DNA of 64,000 nucleotides from Clostridia bacterium (GTDB lineage: Bacteria; Bacillota; Clostridia; Oscillospirales; CAG-272). Shown piece by piece: positions 55,239-64,000 of the stretch (position 1 is the stretch's first letter; every line of letters begins with the position of its first letter). Below the pieces are notes generated by a model. It searched no databases. It was not told where the DNA came from and saw nothing but the letters and a program-made list of their open reading frames with translations. The translations under genes and the position numbers were made by a program. The DNA lies in the NCBI GenBank assembly GCA_017452475.1, contig JAFTMJ010000002.1, forward strand, positions 19,367-83,366. The letters are read 5' to 3'.

Positions 55239-57191
55239 TCACTTTAACATTATCTGTCCGCCTGTTACAGGGATAGCCTGACCTGTTTCATACCGCTGCT
55301 CAATTGCATAAGAAACCGCAAGGGCAACATCGCGCGCCTCACACCCCCTGCCAAGTGGCACCTTCTTTTCATATGCCCTGCGAACATCTTCAACGGTTTT
55401 TGCCCCCGGCACCTTGCCTGTTTTCAAGAACTGAACGAACAGTCCGTTTTCAGGGTCAGCCCATAAATCTCCATCAAGGAAATTACCGGGGCAAATTGCA
55501 TTAACCTTTATTCCGTATGGAGCAAGCTCAAGGGCAAAGGACTGCGTTAGTCCCACTCCGCCAAACTTACTTCCCGAGTATGCAAAGTTCTTTACACTGC
55601 CCATCAAGCCGGACTTTGAGTTAATTTCTATAATATCACTCATATATTGTGGGTTAACATTCCTTTGAAGCTTCATTATAGGTACTGCCTTTTGTACGCA
55701 TATAAAATACGCAATATAGTTAACATTTAATATTTTTTCAAAATCGTACTTACTTGTTTCCTCTATGGATCCTGCCTTTATAATTCCTGCATTGTTTACA
55801 AAAACATCAAGCCCGCCATACTGACATACCGTCATATTTATCATATCTTGAACGGATTTTTCATCCGTTACATCGGTATACACAAACATAGCGGCGCATC
55901 TACCGTTTGCAGCCACAATTTCCTTAGCGGTTTTTTCACCGTTTATTATATCCTTATCAGCAATAACAACAGTAGCGCCTTCATTTGCAAGATGGCTTGC
56001 AATCTCCTTGCCAAAGCCCTTTGCGCCACCTGTTACAACTGAAATTTTGCCTTCAAATTTCTTTTGAATTCCCAAGCTTAAAGCAACCTTACTGCGGTAG
56101 CTTTCTACCTCCCAATTGGCAATAAAGTCAACCATTTCCGGTGCCATTTGGCGGACACCGCCAAAGCTCCTTGAATAAATAAGTATTTTAATTGCATCAA
56201 GCCAAACATCAGTAGCGGTTGCAGCATCCTTCGGACTTTTGCCTATTGCAAACATACCAACATTTTTTACAAAAACTATTTTGGGCAAAAACTTGTTTTT
56301 CTCTTTAAACTCGCCAAGCTGTGCCTTTAGTCCTTCAACGGAATAGTCCTCGATAAACACAGGTACACTTTTGCAGTACACGATATGGTCCGGTGTCATA
56401 GAGCGCTCAAGGGGAGAAAATGCTTCACGTGAAACACAAAGCTCCTCCACCTCTTTGTTAAGCGTAAAGCGCACGCTTGCCTTTCCGCTTGCATCATATA
56501 AAAGCCTCAGAACAGGAGAAATTTTATTTACAAGCTCATAATTCGGCTCTGATACTGTAAAGTCGGGATGCTTATCTATGGCTTTATCAAGCTTTTCCAT
56601 AACAGAGCTTACAAGCAATTCCATTTCTTCCTCACTGCTGGCGGCAAAGAAAATACCGTGATTTTGTAAAAACAGCAGGTTGGCATTTTTTCCTGTTCTG
56701 CCTTCGTACTCATAAATTCTTTCTCTGCACTTTTTGGCAAGAACATATCCCGGTTCTGTTTCCTCAATCCAAATAGCGTCTGCGAACATTCTCTCCATAG
56801 CGCCCTTACCCTCAGCAGAGCATGTAAGCCCATTTACTATAGCAGGGTGAACGTGCAAAACATACGGCTGAGCAAACAAATTATGTAAAAGAGTTTCAAC
56901 AGATGGGCGCTTATTTTCCTCGCCCATACACCTTGAAGCCATCATATCAAGCAGGACCTCTGCCTCCCTTTTTTCCTGCTCTGAGGAGTAGGTCTTATCC
57001 CAAATTTTTGCAAGGCTTTCCCTTGACATTTTTACAAAGGCTTCTTTCGTTATTGTGGCAAGAGACGTACCCGAGCCTTTTACATACAGGTAGCTTTCGT
57101 CCTTAAAGGAGGTATTTCCGCCCCCTGCCAAGACAAAGCTTGAGTCAGCGCCGTATTTATGTGAAATTCTTTCGATAGCTTCAATTCCCAT
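55239..57191 (-). CDS. Bifunctional class II aldolase-like / short-chain dehydrogenase fusion (YuxG/RhaEW-like)
   Basis: 650 aa. The N-terminal roughly 400 aa carry GGGNTSFK and SVETLLH, class II aldolase/adducin-like motifs. The C-terminal SDR carries VTGGAKGFG, NNAG and YSGSK (YxxxK). Confidence 0.8.
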   Translation of the reverse strand: MGIEAIERISHKYGADSSFVLAGGGNTSFKDESYLYVKGSGTSLATITKEAFVKMSRESLAKIWDKTYSSEQEKREAEVLLDMMASRCMGEENKRPSVETLLHNLFAQPYVLHVHPAIVNGLTCSAEGKGAMERMFADAIWIEETEPGYVLAKKCRERIYEYEGRTGKNANLLFLQNHGIFFAASSEEEMELLVSSVMEKLDKAIDKHPDFTVSEPNYELVNKISPVLRLLYDASGKASVRFTLNKEVEELCVSREAFSPLERSMTPDHIVYCKSVPVFIEDYSVEGLKAQLGEFKEKNKFLPKIVFVKNVGMFAIGKSPKDAATATDVWLDAIKILIYSRSFGGVRQMAPEMVDFIANWEVESYRSKVALSLGIQKKFEGKISVVTGGAKGFGKEIASHLANEGATVVIADKDIINGEKTAKEIVAANGRCAAMFVYTDVTDEKSVQDMINMTVCQYGGLDVFVNNAGIIKAGSIEETSKYDFEKILNVNYIAYFICVQKAVPIMKLQRNVNPQYMSDIIEINSKSGLMGSVKNFAYSGSKFGGVGLTQSFALELAPYGIKVNAICPGNFLDGDLWADPENGLFVQFLKTGKVPGAKTVEDVRRAYEKKVPLGRGCEARDVALAVSYAIEQRYETGQAIPVTGGQIMLK

Positions 57192-58471
57192 TACCGCGCC
57201 TCCCTTGCTAAATCCTTATAATAATTGATCCTATCATTGATTTTAGGAAATTTAGACTTCATGCTTTCTGAAAACATGGAATTTTCAATATCATCAATTA
57301 CCGCTAATTCATGCCCTATTAAAGCAAATGTCATATCCTTCAAATGATCAAACATTTCGTCATCGAAAACGCTTGAAAACTTTTGCCTCGGCGAGTTGAT
57401 GTCCTCACCGTTTATTTCAAAAAACTCATGCTCATAGCATAAATTCATTACCTTTGAAAGCTGATACCTTGTATTTCTTGACGGCATATAAGTAATAGCA
57501 TCAAAATCAAGCTTTTTAAGCTCCTTCATCAATATTTCAAGATATGAATCCTCAAATCGCTGAGGCTTTTTATCCCCCTCGCTTGTGTCGATTACATCTC
57601 CTAAATACGCATAAGCGCTAATACAACCGTATTTTTTTGTAATATCAATAAAATCCTTTATATGCAGACATTCCTCGTATGCGTCAATGTAAAATCTCTC
57701 CACAAGGTTCTTCTTAATTACACACAAAATATCATAATCATAATATGACGGATTTTCTTCAAGTATCCTCTTCTCCTCCTGTTTGGAAATCGGCAAATTC
57801 AATTTTTCAACAAGAAAGGAAATTATGCTTTTGCTATTTTCAAATTTGCTCTTAAGCTTGTTAACCAAGGCTAAGCAAATATGTCTTTCCGTAACTGTTC
57901 CGCCCTCATTATAATTGGAAAGCGGCAGAACATCAACCTCATAGTCAATAGCAAGTTCAAATGCATCCAAAATATCGTTTAATCTTTCGCACATTTTTAT
58001 ATTGCGCTCATTTCTCTTTTCCCTAAGAGGCTTAAAAATCTCGTCAATTTTCTCAATGGCATTCAGGGGAATGGCGTGCATAACAACATAAGCAATAGAC
58101 CTTTGGTCAGCATTATTTATCATCCTGCCATAAAGCCTTGTTCCGTCGGTTTTAACCCTGCACTCCAAGCCGCAGGTTGCAGGAATGCCTATGATTTCAC
58201 TTGCTTCTATGAATTCACGGCAACCGCCAACACCGTCGTGGTCGATTATACCACAGGTGCCTAAGCCCTCCTTCCACGCCAAAAATACAGCCGCGGTGGG
58301 AGAATACGGAGAAAAGGAATAGGTTGTGTGGATATGGTTGTTCGCAATACCCTCACATTCAGCGCGGGTTATTTCACCCTTGTCAATCAACCTTTTAATT
58401 TCCCGCAAGGCTGAAAGGCGCTCTTCCTTCGTCTTGCCGTTGAGCAAGGACATATATTTGTCAAAATTCAT
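57191..58471 (-). CDS. PHP-domain metal-dependent phosphoesterase
   Basis: 426 aa with the N-terminal PHP motif NNHIHTTYSFSPYSP and a later IIDHDG. Confidence 0.65.
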   Translation of the reverse strand: MNFDKYMSLLNGKTKEERLSALREIKRLIDKGEITRAECEGIANNHIHTTYSFSPYSPTAAVFLAWKEGLGTCGIIDHDGVGGCREFIEASEIIGIPATCGLECRVKTDGTRLYGRMINNADQRSIAYVVMHAIPLNAIEKIDEIFKPLREKRNERNIKMCERLNDILDAFELAIDYEVDVLPLSNYNEGGTVTERHICLALVNKLKSKFENSKSIISFLVEKLNLPISKQEEKRILEENPSYYDYDILCVIKKNLVERFYIDAYEECLHIKDFIDITKKYGCISAYAYLGDVIDTSEGDKKPQRFEDSYLEILMKELKKLDFDAITYMPSRNTRYQLSKVMNLCYEHEFFEINGEDINSPRQKFSSVFDDEMFDHLKDMTFALIGHELAVIDDIENSMFSESMKSKFPKINDRINYYKDLAREAR

Positions 58472-58473
58472 TA

Positions 58474-59637
58474 TTATTCTCCAAGTAAAAACCTTTTTGT
58501 TTGCTCATACTTAATTTTGAGCTGCTTAAGCTCTGCTTCATCTACCCTTTTTTTCTTAATCGCCCTTAACATAATATTTTTAGGGGTATCCTCAGGGTCG
58601 ATTAGCTCAAGCGCGTCAACCTTATATCCACAGCTCTCAAGCCTCAAAAGCCTTAACGCATCAGTCAACGCATCGCACATCTTTTGTCTTAGCATAGAGT
58701 GCCTTGCAACAAAATCAAGCGTTTCGCAATTTAAGGTATGGTTAAGCTCGTGGTGACAACAGGGAGTTGACAAAATAACATCTGCGCCGTTTTCACTCGC
58801 TTTATTTAAAACTATATCGGTTGCAATGTCGCAGGCGTGCAAAGATATAACAAGATGAGGCTTTAGCTTCATTTCATATGCCATTATATCACCGCAAACA
58901 AATTCCATTTGCTCAAAGCCAAGCCTAACGGCAAGATTTGAGCAATATTCAATAACATCAGCCTTTAAATCAACGCAAATCATATTTACATCCATTTTAA
59001 GGACATTTTTAAAATAGTGATATACCGCAAAGCTTAAATAACTCTTGCCACAGCAAAGATCGTAAACGTTAATGCTTTTTGACGGTAGCTTGTCCCTAAC
59101 AGACTCAATATGCTCAACAAACTTATTAATTTGCCTGAACTTTGCCTGCATTTTGTCACGGATGCGACCGCTTTCATCACTGACACCAAGCTTTTTTAAG
59201 AAATCCTCGTTGCCGGACAAAATGTAATTCTTTTTAGTATTGTTTGACTTGCTTTGAACAGCGGTTACCTTTCCGCTTGCAAGCTGCCCTCTTACCTTAG
59301 CTTCTCCAAGCAAGGTTTCCTTTCCGCCCTTGGAGCGCATATACTGTATATCCCCTGCCGTAGAGACAACATTAATTTGCGAATAGGAGGAAAAAATTGC
59401 ATCAAGCTCTTTATCATATTCCCCTTTAATATTCCTGTGAAACGCCTTGTTGTCCCTTGAAAAGGTTTCAAGCTGAAGAACATAGTTTTGGGAAATTGTC
59501 ATAGGAGTTAACACACTCTTTATTTCATCGCTTGCATCCGGCTTTGAAAGAACAACCTTTTTTAAAGCCTTTTGCTCATAAAGCTCAAGTACAACGGTAC
59601 AAAGGCGGTCTCGAGCCTCACTTTTCACATTCTTCAT
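58474..59637 (-). CDS. Class I SAM-dependent methyltransferase (Methyltransf_32-like)
   Basis: 387 aa with the SAM motif I YDLCCGKSYLS and a SLHACDIATD motif typical of this family. Confidence 0.7.
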   Translation of the reverse strand: MKNVKSEARDRLCTVVLELYEQKALKKVVLSKPDASDEIKSVLTPMTISQNYVLQLETFSRDNKAFHRNIKGEYDKELDAIFSSYSQINVVSTAGDIQYMRSKGGKETLLGEAKVRGQLASGKVTAVQSKSNNTKKNYILSGNEDFLKKLGVSDESGRIRDKMQAKFRQINKFVEHIESVRDKLPSKSINVYDLCCGKSYLSFAVYHYFKNVLKMDVNMICVDLKADVIEYCSNLAVRLGFEQMEFVCGDIMAYEMKLKPHLVISLHACDIATDIVLNKASENGADVILSTPCCHHELNHTLNCETLDFVARHSMLRQKMCDALTDALRLLRLESCGYKVDALELIDPEDTPKNIMLRAIKKKRVDEAELKQLKIKYEQTKRFLLGE

Positions 59638-60316
59638 CGTTTGCTTCCTTAGCTTTTTTCTTTTTTCCTAATGAAATCTTAGGCTCTGTATGGTTGAAAA
59701 TACGAACAATGTTCTTCCTATGTAAGAATACTACCAAGGCGGCGGCAACAAAAGCATATATAATGCGAATTCCCAAGCCGTCAATGCGTGAAAGTAAGAA
59801 TGGGTAAATCAGCATTGACATAATTGAAGCAAAGGAAACCATCTTAAAGCCAAAGAGTATGATTGCAAAAATCGGAAGCATAATTAAAAATACTATCCAG
59901 TTTGTAAAGAGTGCCATAGCGGCGATACAAACAACACCCTTACCGCCCTTAAACTTAAAGTAGATGGGATATGCGTGGCCCAAAATGCAGAAAATGCCCG
60001 CAACATAAGCACCAACTGCACCCATTAATATTCTGCTAACTATCAAGGCAATGGAGGCCTTGAGAAAGTCACCAAGAAAGGTTAACACACCTGCCTTTTT
60101 GCCATATGTCCTTGTCATATTGGTAGCACCTGCATTTCCGCTACCTGACTCACGAATGTCCTTGCCGTAAATTTTAGACAAAAGAATTCCGCAGTTTATG
60201 CTTCCCAATAAATAGGAAAATAAACCGCATATTACGTGGAAAAGAACAACATACCCTATTCCGCTGTTAAGAAGGTCCTTAAAACAGCCATATTGCCAAA
60301 TCTCTCCAAAACTCAT
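59618..60316 (-). CDS. plsY: Glycerol-3-phosphate acyltransferase PlsY
   Basis: 232 aa with GSINCGILLSK, SGSGNAGATN and FKGGKGV. It has a Lys-rich C-terminal tail. Confidence 0.9.
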   Translation of the reverse strand: MSFGEIWQYGCFKDLLNSGIGYVVLFHVICGLFSYLLGSINCGILLSKIYGKDIRESGSGNAGATNMTRTYGKKAGVLTFLGDFLKASIALIVSRILMGAVGAYVAGIFCILGHAYPIYFKFKGGKGVVCIAAMALFTNWIVFLIMLPIFAIILFGFKMVSFASIMSMLIYPFLLSRIDGLGIRIIYAFVAAALVVFLHRKNIVRIFNHTEPKISLGKKKKAKEANDEECEK

Positions 60317-61653
60317 ATCTTAGTTTCATCCTCCTCAGAGCGTTGTCTGATTATAAGCTTAATTGGAGTACCCTTAAATCCGAAGGTATCCCTTAAGCAA
60401 TTTTCAATATACCTTTGATACGAAAAGTGAAAAAGCGCAGCACTGTTGCAAAATAGAACAAAGGTTGGCGGAGCAACGCTTGTTTGTGTCATATAGTAAA
60501 CCTTTAAGCGCCTTCCCTTATCTGAAGGAGGCTGTACCCTTGTTATAGCCTCATTCAAAACATCGTTGAGCATACCTGTTGACACTCTCATCTTAGATTG
60601 GTTAAATACATAGTTAATCTGCTCAAAAATCTTAACTACGCGCTGACCTGTTAAAGCAGACACATATATAATAGGCGCATAGGTCATATAAGAAAGCGCC
60701 TCATAAACCTTTTTTGTGTACTTAACGGTGTCCTTATCCTCGGTTTGGGGCAAATCCCACTTGTTAACAACGATTATTACCGCCTTGCCTGCCTCGTGTG
60801 CAATGCCTGCAATCTTTTCATCCTGGTCGGTAACACCCTCGGTTGCATCGACAACAAGCAGACATACATCTGCCCTTTCCACAGCCATATGCGCCCTTAA
60901 AACGCTATACTTTTCGATTTTGTCGTCGACCTTACTTTGGCGCCTAATTCCCGCTGTATCAATAAAGTTGTATTTGCCAAATTCGTTTTCAAATCTTGTG
61001 TCAATAGCATCCCTTGTGGTACCTGCCATTGAAGAAACAATAAGCCTGTCCGTACCAAGGATTTTATTAATAATGGATGACTTGCCCGCATTCGGCTTGC
61101 CGATTACGCAAACATTAATAACGTCGTCATCCTCTTCCTCCACTTCCTTTTCCGGAATTGAAGCCAAAACCTCATCCAAAAGATCACCTGTTCCTGTACC
61201 GTGTACAGAGGAAACAGGGATTGGGTCCTTATCAAATCCAAGCTCATAGAACTCGTAAAACGCAGGGTCAACCTGACCAACCCTGTCAGACTTGTTGACG
61301 CAAAGAACAACGGGCTTGCCGCTTTTCTTCAGCATAATTGCAATATCTCTGTCATCAGCAACCAATCCTGCATTAATATCGCACATAAAAATGATGGCAT
61401 CGGCAGTATCAATGGCAATTTGCGCCTGCTCTCTCATTTTTTGCAAAATCATACTATCGGTTTTAGGCTCAATTCCGCCTGTATCGATTAATATAAACTT
61501 TCTGCCGTTCCACTCGCTTTCCCCGTAAATTCTGTCTCTTGTAACACCCGGGGTGTCCTCAACAATGGAACGCCTTTCTCCGATTATCTTATTAAACAAT
61601 GTGCTTTTACCCACATTAGGTCTGCCAACTATGGCAACAATAGGTTTTGACAT
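60313..61653 (-). CDS. der: Ribosome-biogenesis GTPase Der (EngA)
   Basis: 446 aa with two GTPase domains (GRPNVGKSTLFN and GKPNAGKSSIIN) and a KH-like C-terminus. Confidence 0.95.
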   Translation of the reverse strand: MSKPIVAIVGRPNVGKSTLFNKIIGERRSIVEDTPGVTRDRIYGESEWNGRKFILIDTGGIEPKTDSMILQKMREQAQIAIDTADAIIFMCDINAGLVADDRDIAIMLKKSGKPVVLCVNKSDRVGQVDPAFYEFYELGFDKDPIPVSSVHGTGTGDLLDEVLASIPEKEVEEEDDDVINVCVIGKPNAGKSSIINKILGTDRLIVSSMAGTTRDAIDTRFENEFGKYNFIDTAGIRRQSKVDDKIEKYSVLRAHMAVERADVCLLVVDATEGVTDQDEKIAGIAHEAGKAVIIVVNKWDLPQTEDKDTVKYTKKVYEALSYMTYAPIIYVSALTGQRVVKIFEQINYVFNQSKMRVSTGMLNDVLNEAITRVQPPSDKGRRLKVYYMTQTSVAPPTFVLFCNSAALFHFSYQRYIENCLRDTFGFKGTPIKLIIRQRSEEDETKI

Positions 61654-61655
61654 CC

Positions 61656-62966
61656 TTACCCTCCTATTCCGAGCAATGCCTCAACAAAGCTTGCCCCGTC
61701 TTGCTCTACAGGCGTTAGCTTAACGCCCAAGTTATTCTCCACATCCTCAACCGAGCTATTGCAAAGGAAAAGATCCCCCTCGCTTCTTAGCATATTTCTT
61801 GAAATAAGCAGCTCGTTTCCTAATGGCTTGCCCTTAAGCTGTTTTATTAAATCAACGCCCGTTATCAAGCCTGCAACTGTAATTGTGTGACCAAAAAAGT
61901 CATTTTCGACCTTGTACACATTACAGCTAAGTCCTTTACATACACCCTTTACCTTACTTACCGCGTTCTTTATAAAATCAAATGCGCTTTCGCCCGTTGC
62001 AATGCTGATATTACGGCTAATTTGCTTTTCCTCATCTGACAGGTTTTTTAAAAACATCTCCATCTCTGTTTCAAAGGAGCGCAGCATACCCACACCGTTT
62101 TCAAGCTGACTGTACTCCTCATAATATTCATCTGACGGTAGCTCCTTTTCTGCCATTAAGTAAAACTCATCAGAACAGAAAAACAGATTTTTTCCAAAGC
62201 TTTCGCAATATTCAGCATTAATACCTTCCACTGTGTTAATTACCTGTATAGAGCTATCCTTATCAAAAGCTTTTAATGGATATAAGCCTTCCCTGTACGC
62301 GGTTAGCCCGGATGGTACAACGGCAACACTGCTAAGGCTCGGATAAAGCCTAGCAAGGTCGTGCAAGCTTTTTTCAAGCTCCCTTCCGTCATTAACACCC
62401 CTGCACAAAACGATTTGAGCGCAAAGCTCAATACCGTTATCGGCAAGGCGCTGTAAATAAGAAAGTGTATCTCCTGCACGCTTATTGTGCATCATCATAC
62501 ATCTTAGCTCAGGATTAGTTGTATGAACCGAAACATTGACGGGTGAAATGTGCATTTCGATTATCCTATCAATGTCCTTATCACTCATATTGGTAAGGGT
62601 AATATAGTTTCCGTGCAGAAAGGATAGCCTTGAGTCATCATCCTTAAAATAAAGTGACTCTCTAAGACCCTTGGGAAGCTGGTCAATAAAGCAGAAGATG
62701 CACTTGTTTTCGCACCTTAGCTTTTTATCCATTAGCGGTGTTTCAAAATCCAAGCCAAGGTCCTCATACATATCCTTTTCTATTGAATAAACAACGCTTT
62801 CGCTATTGCTTGAAACACAAACCTCTATATTTTCCTCTGCCAAATAGAATCTATAATCCAACACATCGTTAATCTCGTGACCGTTTATGCTAACAAGCAT
62901 TTCGCCCGCCAAAATTCCGCATTCCTCGGCAATTGAGCCAACGACGACCTTTTCAATCCTTACCAT
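61656..62966 (-). CDS. PDZ plus DUF512 protein (radical-SAM-like)
   Basis: 436 aa with an N-terminal PDZ-like segment (VVGSIAEECGILAGEMLVSINGHEI) and a CENKCIFCFIDQLPKG cysteine motif. This gene commonly precedes der in Firmicutes. Confidence 0.75.
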   Translation of the reverse strand: MVRIEKVVVGSIAEECGILAGEMLVSINGHEINDVLDYRFYLAEENIEVCVSSNSESVVYSIEKDMYEDLGLDFETPLMDKKLRCENKCIFCFIDQLPKGLRESLYFKDDDSRLSFLHGNYITLTNMSDKDIDRIIEMHISPVNVSVHTTNPELRCMMMHNKRAGDTLSYLQRLADNGIELCAQIVLCRGVNDGRELEKSLHDLARLYPSLSSVAVVPSGLTAYREGLYPLKAFDKDSSIQVINTVEGINAEYCESFGKNLFFCSDEFYLMAEKELPSDEYYEEYSQLENGVGMLRSFETEMEMFLKNLSDEEKQISRNISIATGESAFDFIKNAVSKVKGVCKGLSCNVYKVENDFFGHTITVAGLITGVDLIKQLKGKPLGNELLISRNMLRSEGDLFLCNSSVEDVENNLGVKLTPVEQDGASFVEALLGIGG

Positions 62967-63023
62967 TTTCTTCTCCTGTGCATAGTATGCTATTTTATAT
63001 TATATACTATATTATAATAAAAA

Positions 63024-63716
63024 TCAACCTTCACCCAGCAAATATTTTTTTATTTTTTCAAGAGAAGACTTTTCTATTCGTGATACATATGAGCGAGAAA
63101 TGCCAAGCATTTGCGCCACCTCTCTTTGCGTATATGCCTGTGTATCCCCCAAGCCGTACCGCATAACCAAAATTTGCTTTTCCCTGTCCTCCAAGCTATC
63201 GCGTATGAAGCCCAACGCCTTGCTGATTTGTATTTTTTTGTCAATATCGTCCGCTATTGAGTCCTCAACGCAAATAATATCAAGGTAAGTCAAGGGGTTT
63301 CCGTCCTTGTCGATATCAATAGTATCATTAAGAGACACCTCGCAGCCAAGCTTCTTTTGGCTTCTGAAAAGCATTAAAATTTCGTTTTGTATACATTTTG
63401 CCGCATAGGTTGCAAACTTAGTACCGCTTGAGCTGTTATATGTATCAACCGCTTTTATAAGCCCCACGGTGCCGACTGAAATTAAATCCTCCGTGCTTTT
63501 GTTTGCAGTATAATACTTCCTTACAACGTGTGCTACAAGCCTTAAGTTATGCTCTATCAGCCTATCCCTTGCCTGCTTGTCGCCTTTTTTAACAAGAGAA
63601 AGGCATTTTTCCTCTTCCTCCTTGCTAAGAGCAGGCGGAAATTTTTGTACTGGTTCAACACCCAAAATCATAAACGCTACATGTAAAATCATTGAAAAAA
63701 TTCCCATATTCATCAC
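63024..63716 (-). CDS. sigK: Sporulation sigma factor SigK (pro-sigma-K), uninterrupted; probable start ATG 63707
   Basis: FPPALSKEEE, IEHNLRLVAHVVRKY, GTKFATYAAKCIQNEILM and ISRSYVSRIEK closely parallel B. subtilis SigK. The GTG track start lies inside the SD GAGGTG (63719..63714), and the ATG at 63707 sits 6 nt downstream of it. Confidence 0.9.
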   Translation of the reverse strand: MMNMGIFSMILHVAFMILGVEPVQKFPPALSKEEEEKCLSLVKKGDKQARDRLIEHNLRLVAHVVRKYYTANKSTEDLISVGTVGLIKAVDTYNSSSGTKFATYAAKCIQNEILMLFRSQKKLGCEVSLNDTIDIDKDGNPLTYLDIICVEDSIADDIDKKIQISKALGFIRDSLEDREKQILVMRYGLGDTQAYTQREVAQMLGISRSYVSRIEKSSLEKIKKYLLGEG

Positions 63717-63854
63717 CTCGGTAAAATTTTATTAATGTTTGATTGGTATATTGCTTGTCAAGGTAAAATTTGCACAATTGAATTTGAATATTAATTTCAA
63801 AAATGCTTACAATATAACTGAACGCAAAGTTCAAAAAATATGGAGGAAAATTCA

Positions 63855-64000
63855 ATGTTAATTGATAGAATTGCCCTTGCTGTCTTGATTATCGGCGGTA
63901 TCAACTGGGGTAGCGTTGGCTTATTCAAGTTTGATATTGTTGCTTGGATTTTTGGCGGTGTGGAAAGCATTGGCGCAAGAGTTATATATGTTTTGGTAGC
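63855..64000 (+). CDS. DUF378 small membrane protein, 5' part (runs off the window end)
   Basis: MLIDRIALAVLIIGGINWGSVGLFKFDIVAWIFGG contains the GINWG motif typical of DUF378. SD GGAGGA lies 8 nt upstream. Not in the ORF track. Confidence 0.7.
   Translation, partial: MLIDRIALAVLIIGGINWGSVGLFKFDIVAWIFGGVESIGARVIYVLV

Noticed and set aside
63717-63854. Sigma-E/sigma-K-type sporulation promoter upstream of sigK
   Set aside because: Only weak partial matches were found (for example CATTAATA versus CATA---TA). I could not place a convincing -35/-10 pair by eye.
1-64000. Search for tRNA, rRNA, CRISPR arrays, IS elements, integrases or prophage genes
   Set aside because: None was recognised. All intergenic regions over 100 nt are accounted for by promoters, leaders or terminators. 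A tRNA or covariance-model scan would be needed to exclude small RNAs formally.

Overview
This 64-kb window comes from a low-GC Gram-positive chromosome that looks like an endospore-forming Clostridia relative (sigK, pdaA and a SpoVD/PBP2B-type PBP are present). Species cannot be assigned from sequence alone. I support about 55 protein-coding genes, most on the minus strand. Several ORF-track starts needed correction, and four genes are absent from the track: infC at the left edge, a DUF378 gene at the right edge, and two small ORFs of 56 and 39 aa. Left to right the content is: infC with an ATT start and a terminator-containing leader; a domain-permuted GH3 beta-glucosidase; an ABC-2 transporter pair; tandem glnS-gltX; a glycogen operon glgB-C-D-A-P ending in a frameshifted GH13 gene; a GNAT; proC; a DUF624 membrane protein; two CE4 deacetylases including pdaA; a 930-aa repeat-rich surface protein; a dcw cluster (mraZ-rsmH-small ORF-pbp-murE-murF-mraY-ftsW-murG, no murD); coaD-rsmD-uvrC; ptsH; glyQS; a T-box(Ile) leader plus ileS; an XRE-TPR regulator next to a DUF3006-dehydrogenase-39-aa peptide operon; prfB without the usual frameshift, plus a SpoU-type methyltransferase; an AT-rich islet with a second XRE-TPR paralog and orphan ORFs; a nine-gene run with no real intergenic gaps (DUF512-der-plsY-methyltransferase-PHP-aldolase/SDR-luxS-mtnN-sugar-P isomerase); and sigK. 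I saw no rRNA, tRNA, CRISPR array, transposase or integrase. The items most worth follow-up are: (1) the XRE-TPR regulators and the signal-like 39-aa peptide gene; (2) luxS-mtnN embedded among an aldolase/SDR fusion, a PHP phosphoesterase and a TIM-barrel isomerase; (3) a single in-frame TAA separating a small HTH gene from a downstream frame that has no start codon; (4) a tail-anchored Lys-rich protein plus a strong terminator in the ftsL slot of the dcw cluster; (5) the frameshifted GH13 gene. All family assignments come from motif recognition by eye. No database search or covariance model was run.
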